The notes under the pieces are model-generated. The model searched no databases and had not been told where the DNA came from. It saw nothing but the letters and a program-made list of their open reading frames with translations. DNA of 64,000 bases, from positions 62,001 to 126,000 of the IMG/VR virus record IMGVR_UViG_3300030329_006583. One strand, given 5' to 3'. Every line of letters starts with the position of its first letter. Positions within the stretch are counted from its first letter, which is position 1. Below, piece after piece: positions 51,143-60,441 of the stretch. Both the position numbers and the translations under genes were made by a program.

Positions 51143-52165
51143 TTATTCCTCCAACCAATCCTGTATGTGTTCAGGCTGTGTGTCCTCTATGTCACTAACA
51201 TCTGCAGCTGAATTATCAAAATAATGTGCAGGACCTTCACTTTTAATTAAATCCTTACTATATTTTACCTGATCTCCATCATGTGTTTTGGCATAATCCC
51301 AGCCCAATGGAAAACAAACATCAACAAAAGATAAAGGCGAAGCATCGTTTGCCTCATCAATTAAAAATGGGGCCGGATTGACTTCATAATACAAACCACC
51401 AGCCCCGTCACTGGGTGGTGTATAGTGACCCAACCTTTTATCGCCTCTCACAACTGCATGCATTCCTCGAGGATCATTCCAGATGGATGCAACAGATGGT
51501 ATATGTGGATGTAATGGGATTAATTTTTCTAATCCAATTGCCTCTTTGGCTTTTTTGTCCATATAATCCTCAGCGGAAGTAAATCCATCGTGTGTTAACT
51601 CCATCCCTGAATCTACAGGGTAATTGCCTATCTCTTTAAACAATTTCGGAGAATACAAACCTGTTGTATTTAAATGAACATTAATCCTTTTCCAATATTT
51701 CCTTTTAGTGAGTGGTGATTGCAATAACCTGGTATTTAAATCTATGTCATTTTTTACAGTAACCCTTCTCACTGCATGAATAGACATATGATATAATTCC
51801 AAATTATGAAAATCTTTCACGGTTTCTAGAAAAACAGTGGAATTAATGATTTGGGTATCATCCTGAAAAAAGCATAGTACATTACAATCTTCAGGAACGT
51901 GCTTTAATATTTCATTTTTTCCTTTCCATTCATCTTGGGCCGGATCCCTTTCTGTCCTTAATATCAATTTGTCGATTTCTGCATGATTTTCTAAAATATT
52001 TAAAAGATCTGGTTCTGTGGATCCATTATCCACATAAATTACATTAATATTAATGTCATTTGCAGGATTTTCTTTTACTGCCTTAATACTTTGCAAAAGG
52101 GCCAACGAATAATATTTTCTATTGCATCCCGTGATCCCAATTGTTAAATTAACGTTTTCACTCAT
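51143..52165 (-). CDS. GT2-family glycosyltransferase
   Basis: YVDNGSTE, FFQDD and SAED. Likely start MSENV at 52165. Confidence 0.75.
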   Translation of the reverse strand: MSENVNLTIGITGCNRKYYSLALLQSIKAVKENPANDININVIYVDNGSTEPDLLNILENHAEIDKLILRTERDPAQDEWKGKNEILKHVPEDCNVLCFFQDDTQIINSTVFLETVKDFHNLELYHMSIHAVRRVTVKNDIDLNTRLLQSPLTKRKYWKRINVHLNTTGLYSPKLFKEIGNYPVDSGMELTHDGFTSAEDYMDKKAKEAIGLEKLIPLHPHIPSVASIWNDPRGMHAVVRGDKRLGHYTPPSDGAGGLYYEVNPAPFLIDEANDASPLSFVDVCFPLGWDYAKTHDGDQVKYSKDLIKSEGPAHYFDNSAADVSDIEDTQPEHIQDWLEE

Positions 52166-52166
52166 T

Positions 52167-52538
52167 TTAATCACCCTTTAAAATACGATAACTGTCACTA
52201 TCGAAATGTTGTGTTGAAAATTCAAATAGCTCCGTATCTTCAAGTGCTATCATCCTATGTCTTAAACCCCGGTAGACATGAAAGTTATCTCCCGGGCCTA
52301 AAATCACTTCTGACGCTGAATCAATATCGTCTGAATCTGAATATATTACGCGTAACTTACCAGATTGAACATAGAAAACCTCGTCTTTTAATTTGTGATA
52401 ATGCCACGAACACATCTTACCTTTCACAAAATATAATAGTTTTCCGCAGTATTCTTCACAATTAACAATCCATTTTTCAAATCCCCATCCCTTGGGCACA
52501 AATTTGATAATATGATTGGTATTAATATCGTTCTTCAT
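52167..52538 (-). CDS. Cupin (sugar isomerase/epimerase-like)
   Basis: KGWGFE..SWHYH..KDEVFYV..G.RH cupin metal motif. Confidence 0.85.
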   Translation of the reverse strand: MKNDINTNHIIKFVPKGWGFEKWIVNCEEYCGKLLYFVKGKMCSWHYHKLKDEVFYVQSGKLRVIYSDSDDIDSASEVILGPGDNFHVYRGLRHRMIALEDTELFEFSTQHFDSDSYRILKGD

Positions 52539-53298
52539 ACTCTTTCCTACTCAATTGATAAGTACCAGATTTTGTAACACTTAGGGAGGCACATTTGTTT
52601 GCGCATTTAACAGAATCTATTAAATCACCAGTTTCCAACCATCTACACACCATAGTTGATAAAAAAACATCACCGGCGCCACATACATCATGTACATCAA
52701 CAGTGTCAGTTGAGTAAATTTTATCCCTATATAATGCGCCACGTGAACCTAAGGTAACAACCAAATCTGTGTCACCAGAGAGATTAATGCAATTATTAAA
52801 TTCTTTTTCATTTATTTTAACAATACAATTTTCAAAAATTGACATGTCATGTTTCTTGGTGTCAACAAATACCTGGGTATTATAGTGTGACACTATATAC
52901 CGAATTAATTCCTTGGTTATATAACCTTTGTCATAATCTGATATTACAATGGCATCATATGATTCATTGGGCAATGATGATGTCTGTAGTGGCACAATAT
53001 GCCCTTCTATGTCATGACGCATAATTTGATAATTTGTTTTTTTATCAATAAACCTAATTTTTTTAATCTGTTGTTTATCATTGCAAAGGTAATTTATTTC
53101 ACCTACCAGTATATTTTTAAAATTTTGATAAACATTTGCGGACATCCCGTGTTTATGTTCTTTGGTAATTTGAGTTAAAATAGGTACCGGTGCCTCAGGA
53201 CTCAACCTATTACATTCTCCATATACATATTCATCGATGCATGCATCACCGATCAACAATATTTTGTATTGTTTTTGTTGTTGAGTATCCTTTAACAT
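52522..53298 (-). CDS. PfkB-family kinase, HldE/RfaE domain I-like (heptose-7-phosphate kinase)
   Basis: IGDACIDEY..RLSPEAPVP, ISDYDKG and DVCGAGDVF. Confidence 0.9.
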   Translation of the reverse strand: MLKDTQQQKQYKILLIGDACIDEYVYGECNRLSPEAPVPILTQITKEHKHGMSANVYQNFKNILVGEINYLCNDKQQIKKIRFIDKKTNYQIMRHDIEGHIVPLQTSSLPNESYDAIVISDYDKGYITKELIRYIVSHYNTQVFVDTKKHDMSIFENCIVKINEKEFNNCINLSGDTDLVVTLGSRGALYRDKIYSTDTVDVHDVCGAGDVFLSTMVCRWLETGDLIDSVKCANKCASLSVTKSGTYQLSRKEYEERY

Positions 53299-53638
53299 AT
53301 TCAAAAATTTTTACCTCACATATATCATTACCAACTACATTTTCTACCTGATAATCTCCTCCCTTCACAATTATATCAGGTTTTATAGATTTGATTAAAA
53401 GATAGGGTGTCTCTTCTTCGAAGATTATTACTTCATCAACACATGATAATTCTAACAATAATGCCCTTCTGTCATCTTCACAATATACGGGTCTTTTATC
53501 ACCTTTTAATTTCTTAACACTAGAATCACTATTTAAACCAACGATTACCTTATCACCAATCTCCTTACAATATTTTAACAATTCGAGATGACCTCTATGA
53601 AACACATCAAAACAACCATTTGTGAAAATAACTTTCAT
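53246..53638 (-). CDS. Heptose-1-phosphate nucleotidyltransferase, HldE/RfaE domain II-like
   Basis: FTNGCFDVFHRGH, GLNSDSSVKKLKG..RP, KGGDY and GYSTT. Confidence 0.92.
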   Translation of the reverse strand: MKVIFTNGCFDVFHRGHLELLKYCKEIGDKVIVGLNSDSSVKKLKGDKRPVYCEDDRRALLLELSCVDEVIIFEEETPYLLIKSIKPDIIVKGGDYQVENVVGNDICEVKIFEYVKGYSTTKTIQNIVDR

Positions 53639-54459
53639 ATATTGCCTTTTATTGCTTCAACTATTTCATTTAAATCATGATATTGGGCATCATTATTACA
53701 TTGTTTACAGGCGATTTTTAATCCACATGGACCATGGGTAGATATTATTATGTTTTTATTTTGTGGATACTGTACCATCCTCTTATCTTGATAACCGGTA
53801 ATTATTACAACAGATTGTGTATTAAATGCTGTTGCACCATGAACCAGGCCACCTTCTGAAGATACAAATAATTTTGACTTGCCAATTATTCCACACGCAA
53901 TCCTAAAACTTTCTGTAAATGTAAGATCTACACAATTTTTTAGTTTTTTTGGACTGGTACCTACCTGTACAACTTGTATTTCCTTTGAAATTTCATCAAC
54001 TATATTTTGCCATTTTTCAAAAGGGTATTCCCTATTTGGCGTGTAATCATGATTAGAAAATGGTTCTATTGTCACAAAATCTTTTTCCAAGTTGGTGATT
54101 GCCGCTTGTACTAGTTTTTCTTCTGATTCATCTAAGAAAATATCACACTTAAGTTCTGGGTTTTCAATCCCATAAACTTCACAAACCTGTTGTATAATAT
54201 GCTTTTCAAATCTATGAAATGCCTTATTAGGTGTATCCTGTTTACAATAATTCGATGCAGGATTGTTTAATTGAAGTGGCACACAATTCTCATTTTGTGC
54301 ATTTTCAGGCTGCCAAATGTGAGGATTATTATAAAATATTACAGACTGCACCGGTTTGATGGTCTGACCATGTTGTTCAAATGGGAAAGATTTAAGCCCG
54401 GATCTTTTATATATTTCTCTTGCGGCAGCTGTCCACGTCAAGTATCCACCTAAACCCAT
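53635..54459 (-). CDS. GT9-like (ADP-heptose-type) glycosyltransferase
   Basis: GLGG N-terminus, REYPFEKWQ, VQVG, SKLFVSSEGGLVHGA and a C-terminal Cys cluster. Adjacent to the HldE-like genes. Confidence 0.75.
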   Translation of the reverse strand: MGLGGYLTWTAAAREIYKRSGLKSFPFEQHGQTIKPVQSVIFYNNPHIWQPENAQNENCVPLQLNNPASNYCKQDTPNKAFHRFEKHIIQQVCEVYGIENPELKCDIFLDESEEKLVQAAITNLEKDFVTIEPFSNHDYTPNREYPFEKWQNIVDEISKEIQVVQVGTSPKKLKNCVDLTFTESFRIACGIIGKSKLFVSSEGGLVHGATAFNTQSVVIITGYQDKRMVQYPQNKNIIISTHGPCGLKIACKQCNNDAQYHDLNEIVEAIKGNI

Positions 54460-55373
54460 TAATGTCCTCCCTCTAAAACCCTCATATACATCTGTGCCAC
54501 TTTCTTTATGTCCAGGTATGAATTATCAATTTCTAATTTTGGGAGCTCTAGGGAAGGTATTAGAATCTCGTAGGGATTATCATAATCAGTCAATTCGAAA
54601 TTATATAGGTTGTTTTCTTCTATGACTATCCCATTTTTTCTTACAATTTCCTTTGTTCCCCCAGAGCTAGAACAAATAACCGGGCAACCTTGAGAAAGGG
54701 ATTCTACCACAACATTTGGACAATGATCCAACCATGCCAAATGTATCATCCAATCCGCGGCTGAAAACATCTGCAAACATGCATCATGAGATATTGAACC
54801 GGTATAAAAAACATCATCATGATTGACCGGACAGTCCGGACTAGATCCCATCACCACCAAACAGGAGCTTGGGTATTTTTCTTTAAGCTTAAAAAATATT
54901 TCCATATTTTCTTTAAGTCTTTTTTGCCTATGCCAGTTTGCAGAACAAACAAACATATGTTTATATGCATTACGGATATTTAAAATCTCAGGTATATCAA
55001 CATTCACCCTTCTGAGTTCTATGCCGTTATGAATAACAACACCTCTTCTTTCCCCCCAATGGTGACATGTCATTTTTTTATCAAATTCAGACTGCCAAAT
55101 AACATAATCACAATTATCATATGCTAACTTTATTCCTTGGTTATGTGTTTTAAATTGGTCTGGTTTAAACCATATACCATCTAATCGCTGAACCTTCATG
55201 GCGTCCAATTTTAATGGTGTTGCCGGCTCAATAAAAATTAAAACAGAATCATAATCATGATTATAACCTACAATTTCATTTCCCATATTAACTAATTCAC
55301 CAGCCAATCTATGCGCAAAAGAATTAGGTCCACTAGTGGAGGAAAAATTGACATTTGAAAAATGAATCTTCAT
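54459..55373 (-). CDS. Glycosyltransferase, GT4-like
   Basis: SGPNSF, QRLDG, VIHNG and DHCPNVVVESLSQGCPVI. Confidence 0.88.
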   Translation of the reverse strand: MKIHFSNVNFSSTSGPNSFAHRLAGELVNMGNEIVGYNHDYDSVLIFIEPATPLKLDAMKVQRLDGIWFKPDQFKTHNQGIKLAYDNCDYVIWQSEFDKKMTCHHWGERRGVVIHNGIELRRVNVDIPEILNIRNAYKHMFVCSANWHRQKRLKENMEIFFKLKEKYPSSCLVVMGSSPDCPVNHDDVFYTGSISHDACLQMFSAADWMIHLAWLDHCPNVVVESLSQGCPVICSSSGGTKEIVRKNGIVIEENNLYNFELTDYDNPYEILIPSLELPKLEIDNSYLDIKKVAQMYMRVLEGGH

Positions 55374-55388
55374 ATATACATTTTAAAT

Positions 55389-56312
55389 TTAATTTTGATA
55401 AAGTTCATTTAGTGTAGAGAACAATTGTGTCATACATTCTTCCCAAGATATAGGAACATAAAGATTTTGAAAATGACTATCATTAAGAATTAATTCTTCA
55501 AGTTCAGTAAATCCACCAAAAACCTTACTTTGTTTTAAGCCAGCATCGGCAAATTCAATAGCACCACCGCCCTCTGCATGTACATATGTAGGCAATCCCA
55601 GCGCCAGAGATTCCAGGATATGATTAGGACCCGGATCAAATCTTGAACCACTAACATATATGTCATGCTTTAATAATTCGTGTGCCAATTCAATACCCGA
55701 TAATGGCGAAATACAATGAGTGTTTTTAAAAGAATTACGATGACGGCCCACATATGTAAATTCTATATCATCCCTTTTTCCCGCCAAATAATCTAAAAAA
55801 TCATATACATCAAATCCCTTGAGGATGTTATTAGACCAATGATGGGTCACTATTTTTAATTTATCAGAATTTGACTTTGTGTTTTTTCTTAGTTTCAAAT
55901 ATGCAGAATTCACACCATTATGCTGAACAGATGTGCTAGGGCATGCCCAGCCTTTTGCACCGAAATATTCCTCCATCCATTTTGAAACAAATATTGTGTG
56001 ATCGATCATTTGGCTACACTGAAGCAGCATTATATCCATATGCTCGGTGTTTTTTCTTGCATCACATTCATTAATTCTCTGAACTAACTTGCAATTTGGA
56101 TTGTGCAACTTATATTGGGAGGCGTCATTAATATTAAATCCCCCCGAATCGCTACGAGGATCCATAAGAAAAATAAGATCTATATTGGTATGTCCTAGGT
56201 TGGTGACAATCTCAATGGAATTAAGATTACAAAAATCAAAAAATCCCTTAACAAAATGATTACCTCCACCCCATGGGCCAGGACGAGGAGAACGATTGAT
56301 TGCAATTTTCAT
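55389..56312 (-). CDS. Glycosyltransferase, GT4-like
   Basis: PWGGGNHF, KGFD and SRFDPGPNHILESLALGLP. Confidence 0.85.
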   Translation of the reverse strand: MKIAINRSPRPGPWGGGNHFVKGFFDFCNLNSIEIVTNLGHTNIDLIFLMDPRSDSGGFNINDASQYKLHNPNCKLVQRINECDARKNTEHMDIMLLQCSQMIDHTIFVSKWMEEYFGAKGWACPSTSVQHNGVNSAYLKLRKNTKSNSDKLKIVTHHWSNNILKGFDVYDFLDYLAGKRDDIEFTYVGRHRNSFKNTHCISPLSGIELAHELLKHDIYVSGSRFDPGPNHILESLALGLPTYVHAEGGGAIEFADAGLKQSKVFGGFTELEELILNDSHFQNLYVPISWEECMTQLFSTLNELYQN

Positions 56313-57031
56313 GATATAAATCCCCGGCTTCTTAGATAATCACCTTCACTTTTCTGAAACTTTGCATCATCGGTTTGAAATGTTTCGGGTTTCATGTCAA
56401 TTGTGTAATGGTAGGTAACTATGGGTTCATAATGCCAATTTCCTGCTGCTTGATGTAACACTGGGAGATATATTGTTTGATCACCAATTCGTTTAAAATA
56501 CTCCCCATCTTCACCACGAAAATTTGCATCTTTTACGTTTTCAATAAGTGATTTTCGAAATGTTTTTAAATGTGATGATACCCATGGATGTTCATAAGGA
56601 TTGGCAGTTTTAGGTAGTGGTGCTGATATATTGTGATTAGAAAATGACCATCTATGTGCAGTCCATAATGCACCAACATTTAAGGTATTATAATGATGAT
56701 TAATAATAGTCAATGCATCACAATCACACAACCAATCATCGCCATCCAATCTGCAGATAATATCATTTGATTCTGTTTCCTTGAGTCCTTCAACAATATT
56801 TTTAATTTCCCAATGTTTTTCTGTGTTAACAGTTAAGCTTATTTTATCATCACCAAAACCAAATTGTCTTTTGAAATTATCTATTACTTCAGGGGTGCCA
56901 TCAGTTGACATGTCATCCCTAATTATGATTTTCCAATTATTATGTGTTTGAAAACCCACTGAAAAAAGGCTTCGGGTAATTGTTGATGCAGCATTGAACG
57001 CCGGCATAATAAAAACAAAACGATTATTCAC
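56309..57031 (-). CDS. GT2-family glycosyltransferase
   Basis: IMPAFNA, DDMSTDGT and LDGDDWL. Confidence 0.9.
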   Translation of the reverse strand: MNNRFVFIMPAFNAASTITRSLFSVGFQTHNNWKIIIRDDMSTDGTPEVIDNFKRQFGFGDDKISLTVNTEKHWEIKNIVEGLKETESNDIICRLDGDDWLCDCDALTIINHHYNTLNVGALWTAHRWSFSNHNISAPLPKTANPYEHPWVSSHLKTFRKSLIENVKDANFRGEDGEYFKRIGDQTIYLPVLHQAAGNWHYEPIVTYHYTIDMKPETFQTDDAKFQKSEGDYLRSRGFIS

Positions 57032-58961
57032 CTAAATATTCCTTAATACATGTTGGATGTGATATATCAAGTTCCAGGTGTTGTGTTGGTTTAGAGAAAT
57101 CTACTCTTTCATGAAAAACCCATCCCCCCATCTTTTCTTTTAATTCTTGGGCCAGGTTATCAATTTCTTCTTCAGTAACATCTTTCCACGCTTTATCAAA
57201 AAACATGTTATTTTCAGGAATGTCTTCTTGTGTAATGTTATAAAGGCTAAGCCAGTGTTTTGACCAATAGTTTTTATACGTTCTTATTTTTCTTCCCAAA
57301 TCAAACCAAGAATAATGATGAACAGAGGGTAATAATTCTATGTTTCTACCAAACCATTCCTGATATTTTTCAAATGCTTCCTTATTTCCTGCCATGGCGT
57401 GAATCCTTAGGTTATGTGCATCTGTATGATAAAAAGATGCATGTGCTATTACTTCACCGGTATCATTATCAATATAATCACAACCATCTGTACCCATTGC
57501 TGCGTACAAATTATTGTCTTCATCATATTTTCTAAAATTAGCAGGAATTCCATGAGTAATGTGATTTTTATTTCTAGAAATTCTCCACTTCCATGGAGTT
57601 ACATCCATTCTCACCTTTTCTTCAGAACCCCAATATTCCACAACTGGAAGACACACTAAATCTACTTGTGTAGGAAATGATTTAATCAAATTAAATATTT
57701 TTTCATAATCATTTTCATGCACTACTTCATCGGAATCCTGTTGCCAACAAAAATCTCCGTTGCACAAAGATCTCGCGTGTGCCTTCTGTGTACCATCAAA
57801 AACTGCATGTCTGGGGTGATTCCAATCTTTTTCATTTTTGAATACTTTCAATCTCTCTTCTGTTTTTGACCATTCCTCTAGTTTTTCCCAGGTGCCATCA
57901 GTTGAACCACCGTCAACCACTATCACTTCATCACAAAAACCCAACATCGATGTAATAGAGGCTTCATAAGGATATTTTTGAGAAATACAATCTTTCGTTG
58001 TAGTATAACCAGAAAGGCTAGGTCTCCAATCCATTGAGTGTTTAATTCCTTTCCAAAACGTTTCTCGAGCGGCATACAAATAAGCCTCGGTATCGAATGC
58101 ATCATCTGTATTAAACCATATTTCATCCTTATGCTGAACATTATCATTTAAGTGAAGTTTGCAACCTAACATTTTCGCTTCTATCACCATTCTTGGGCAT
58201 GTATCACCCCCAGCTGGCAAATAAACAAAGCCTTCGGCTTGTGCCAATCTCTCTAGTACTTCTTCATAAGGTAAATTCCATACTACTTCATAATCTTTAT
58301 TGTTTTCCTTGCACCATTGTTCTGCAGATTCTGCACCTTTAACCCAGCTCGTAGAACCCAATACAATCCAACCCTTTCTTTCATGGGATGAATATTTTTC
58401 ATTTAATAATTTAACAGTAAGAAAAAAATTATGATCAAAAACAGAACTTAATACTGTATTATTTTTTTCCTCAAGAAATGGAAATACTTTAAAATATATT
58501 TCTTGCTGTTTTTCTGACATCCACCAAAGAGATTGTGCCCCATAATAAAATGCAGATATCATTTTTCCATGCATTTCATTGTGACAGTTACACATATGTG
58601 ACTCGGCGGCATAATGCTTGTCTGGTGAACGGTACTTACAATACTTGTAATCATATTCTAAAATAGAATAATTTAAATTTCCAACAATGCTGGGAATTAA
58701 ATTCATATCCATATTGGAAAAGTTACCAAATACCCAATATTTTTCATATCCGGATTCTAGAATTTCCAACGTTAAATCTTTACTTTTTAGTTTAAAAATA
58801 TCAAAAGGACATGAGGTTATTAATGCATCAGATGTAAGTTCAGCACCCCCACAATATTCTTCAGCAAACATGTCTGAAACAAAGATTATTTCTGTGTTTT
58901 CCGGAATTTCAATAGCAGTTGAATTCGATGATGTGTTAAATGGACTACTAGAACCAAACAT
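57024..58961 (-). CDS. Bifunctional glycosyltransferase: N-terminal GT-B fused to C-terminal GT2
   Basis: GGAEL..KG..DTCPRMVIEAKMLGC (GT-B), then VVDGGSTDGT..QDSDE (GT-A). GGAGG precedes the ATG at 58961. Confidence 0.85.
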   Translation of the reverse strand: MFGSSSPFNTSSNSTAIEIPENTEIIFVSDMFAEEYCGGAELTSDALITSCPFDIFKLKSKDLTLEILESGYEKYWVFGNFSNMDMNLIPSIVGNLNYSILEYDYKYCKYRSPDKHYAAESHMCNCHNEMHGKMISAFYYGAQSLWWMSEKQQEIYFKVFPFLEEKNNTVLSSVFDHNFFLTVKLLNEKYSSHERKGWIVLGSTSWVKGAESAEQWCKENNKDYEVVWNLPYEEVLERLAQAEGFVYLPAGGDTCPRMVIEAKMLGCKLHLNDNVQHKDEIWFNTDDAFDTEAYLYAARETFWKGIKHSMDWRPSLSGYTTTKDCISQKYPYEASITSMLGFCDEVIVVDGGSTDGTWEKLEEWSKTEERLKVFKNEKDWNHPRHAVFDGTQKAHARSLCNGDFCWQQDSDEVVHENDYEKIFNLIKSFPTQVDLVCLPVVEYWGSEEKVRMDVTPWKWRISRNKNHITHGIPANFRKYDEDNNLYAAMGTDGCDYIDNDTGEVIAHASFYHTDAHNLRIHAMAGNKEAFEKYQEWFGRNIELLPSVHHYSWFDLGRKIRTYKNYWSKHWLSLYNITQEDIPENNMFFDKAWKDVTEEEIDNLAQELKEKMGGWVFHERVDFSKPTQHLELDISHPTCIKEYLGE

Positions 58962-59050
58962 ATACCCATACCTCCAGAGCTTAAGCAAATTTATTTCAAA
59001 TTATTCTGAATGTATATTATACAAAACTAATTACTGTAGTATTTTATTTT

Positions 59051-59140
59051 TGCTAGATCTGGATCCCTGAATATCTGAATATCTGATTATATTCAATTAG
59101 ATCTATTAATCTGATCAGTATTTAAATTAGATCTTTATAG
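59051..59140. repeat. GATC-palindrome-rich AT-rich intergenic element (possible origin or methylation-regulated site)
   Basis: GATC at 59056, 59062, 59100, 59113 and 59130. AATTAGATCT at 59095 and 59125. Tandem GAATATCT x2 at 59069-59084. Confidence 0.6.
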
Positions 59141-59142
59141 TA

Positions 59143-60441
59143 TTACAATATACTAGTAGCTAGAGAAGCAATTTCAGATCTGTGCCCATTTATTAAATGT
59201 ACATGACCGGTTAACATAGATTCTTTGAATTTTTGTACCACAATTGTTAGGCCATTAGATCTTTTATCAATGTAAGGTGTATCCACTTGATCTGTATCAC
59301 CCAATAAAACTATTTTAGAACCTTTACCGATTCTGGTAATTATTGTTTTTAGTTCATGAATGGTGGCATTTTGTGCTTCATCAACAATTACAAATGAATC
59401 ATTAAATGTTCTTCCTCTAATATATGACAGAGGGGAAATTTCTATTTCACCCTTTTGACGCATACTTTCAAAATACGATATATCGTTAAATGCGTGTCTA
59501 AAATTATCTATTAATGGTGCCATCCATGGTGCCATTTTTTCATCAACATCACCAGGTAAATAACCTAAATCCCTACCTACCGGTTCAATTGATCGTGTAA
59601 CTACTATTCTTTTATATTTTTTTTTAAATAAACCTGATAGTGCACTCATGAGTGTAATAAATGTTTTACCAGATCCTGCAATTCCAGTAATTGTGACTAG
59701 CTGTATATTGGGATTATTTAATAATCCGACTGCAAATGCTTGTTCTTTGTTTTTAGGTTCAATCCCTAAATCACTGTTAAAAGAAGCCAATCGATTTTTT
59801 TTAATATATCCGTTTTCATATATGCCTAATAAAGATTTGCCAAGCGGCGATTTTCCAATAATAAATTGATTTTCAAATACTTTTTCATCACCATTATATT
59901 GTATTTTTCCATGTTCGAAAAACAGATCAACATCACTATCAGAAAGTTCCAGCTGTATTTTACCTGAATATGCTGTATCTGCAGATAATTCTAGATGATC
60001 CTTCCAATAGTCTTCACCAATTAATCCTAATGCATCACATTTAACACGAAGGTTTATGTCTTTTGTAACAACTTTAACAGGGGTATTTTTAAATTCTAAG
60101 GCTAATTTAAGTGCACTACCCAATATTTGATTGTCGGCTAATTCTATGTCCAAACCATCAGGGATATTATTTCTAGAGTACTTGGTTTCAATTCTAATGG
60201 TCTGATCAGATTCCGGAATAGTTACGGCCTTATCCAATCGCCCAATGTCTCTAAGGCTATCTAGATAGCGATTGACATACCTGGCAGATTCACCTAATAA
60301 ACCAGGCTTATTTTTAAATTTGTCTAATTCATCTAAAACGGGAAGTGGAAGAACCACGTCATTTCCGGGGAATGAATGAATAGCTGTCATATCATAAAGA
60401 AGAACACTAGTGTCAACCACTAATACTTTTCTAGAGCTCAT
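59143..60441 (-). CDS. phoH: PIN-domain PhoH-family ATPase (PhoH2/YlaK type)
   Basis: PIN motifs VVDTSVLL, ELD, DNQI and TKDINLR; Walker A GIAGSGKT; LGYLPG, YIRGRTF, DEAQN, TRIG and GDTDQ. Likely start at 60441. Confidence 0.93.
   Translation of the reverse strand: MSSRKVLVVDTSVLLYDMTAIHSFPGNDVVLPLPVLDELDKFKNKPGLLGESARYVNRYLDSLRDIGRLDKAVTIPESDQTIRIETKYSRNNIPDGLDIELADNQILGSALKLALEFKNTPVKVVTKDINLRVKCDALGLIGEDYWKDHLELSADTAYSGKIQLELSDSDVDLFFEHGKIQYNGDEKVFENQFIIGKSPLGKSLLGIYENGYIKKNRLASFNSDLGIEPKNKEQAFAVGLLNNPNIQLVTITGIAGSGKTFITLMSALSGLFKKKYKRIVVTRSIEPVGRDLGYLPGDVDEKMAPWMAPLIDNFRHAFNDISYFESMRQKGEIEISPLSYIRGRTFNDSFVIVDEAQNATIHELKTIITRIGKGSKIVLLGDTDQVDTPYIDKRSNGLTIVVQKFKESMLTGHVHLINGHRSEIASLATSIL

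Noticed and set aside
32464-58961. Bacterial chromosomal O-antigen or capsule locus
   Set aside because: There are no export, polymerase or initiating transferase genes. The island is continuous and co-oriented with the phage sigma and baseplate genes, and no cellular housekeeping operons flank it.
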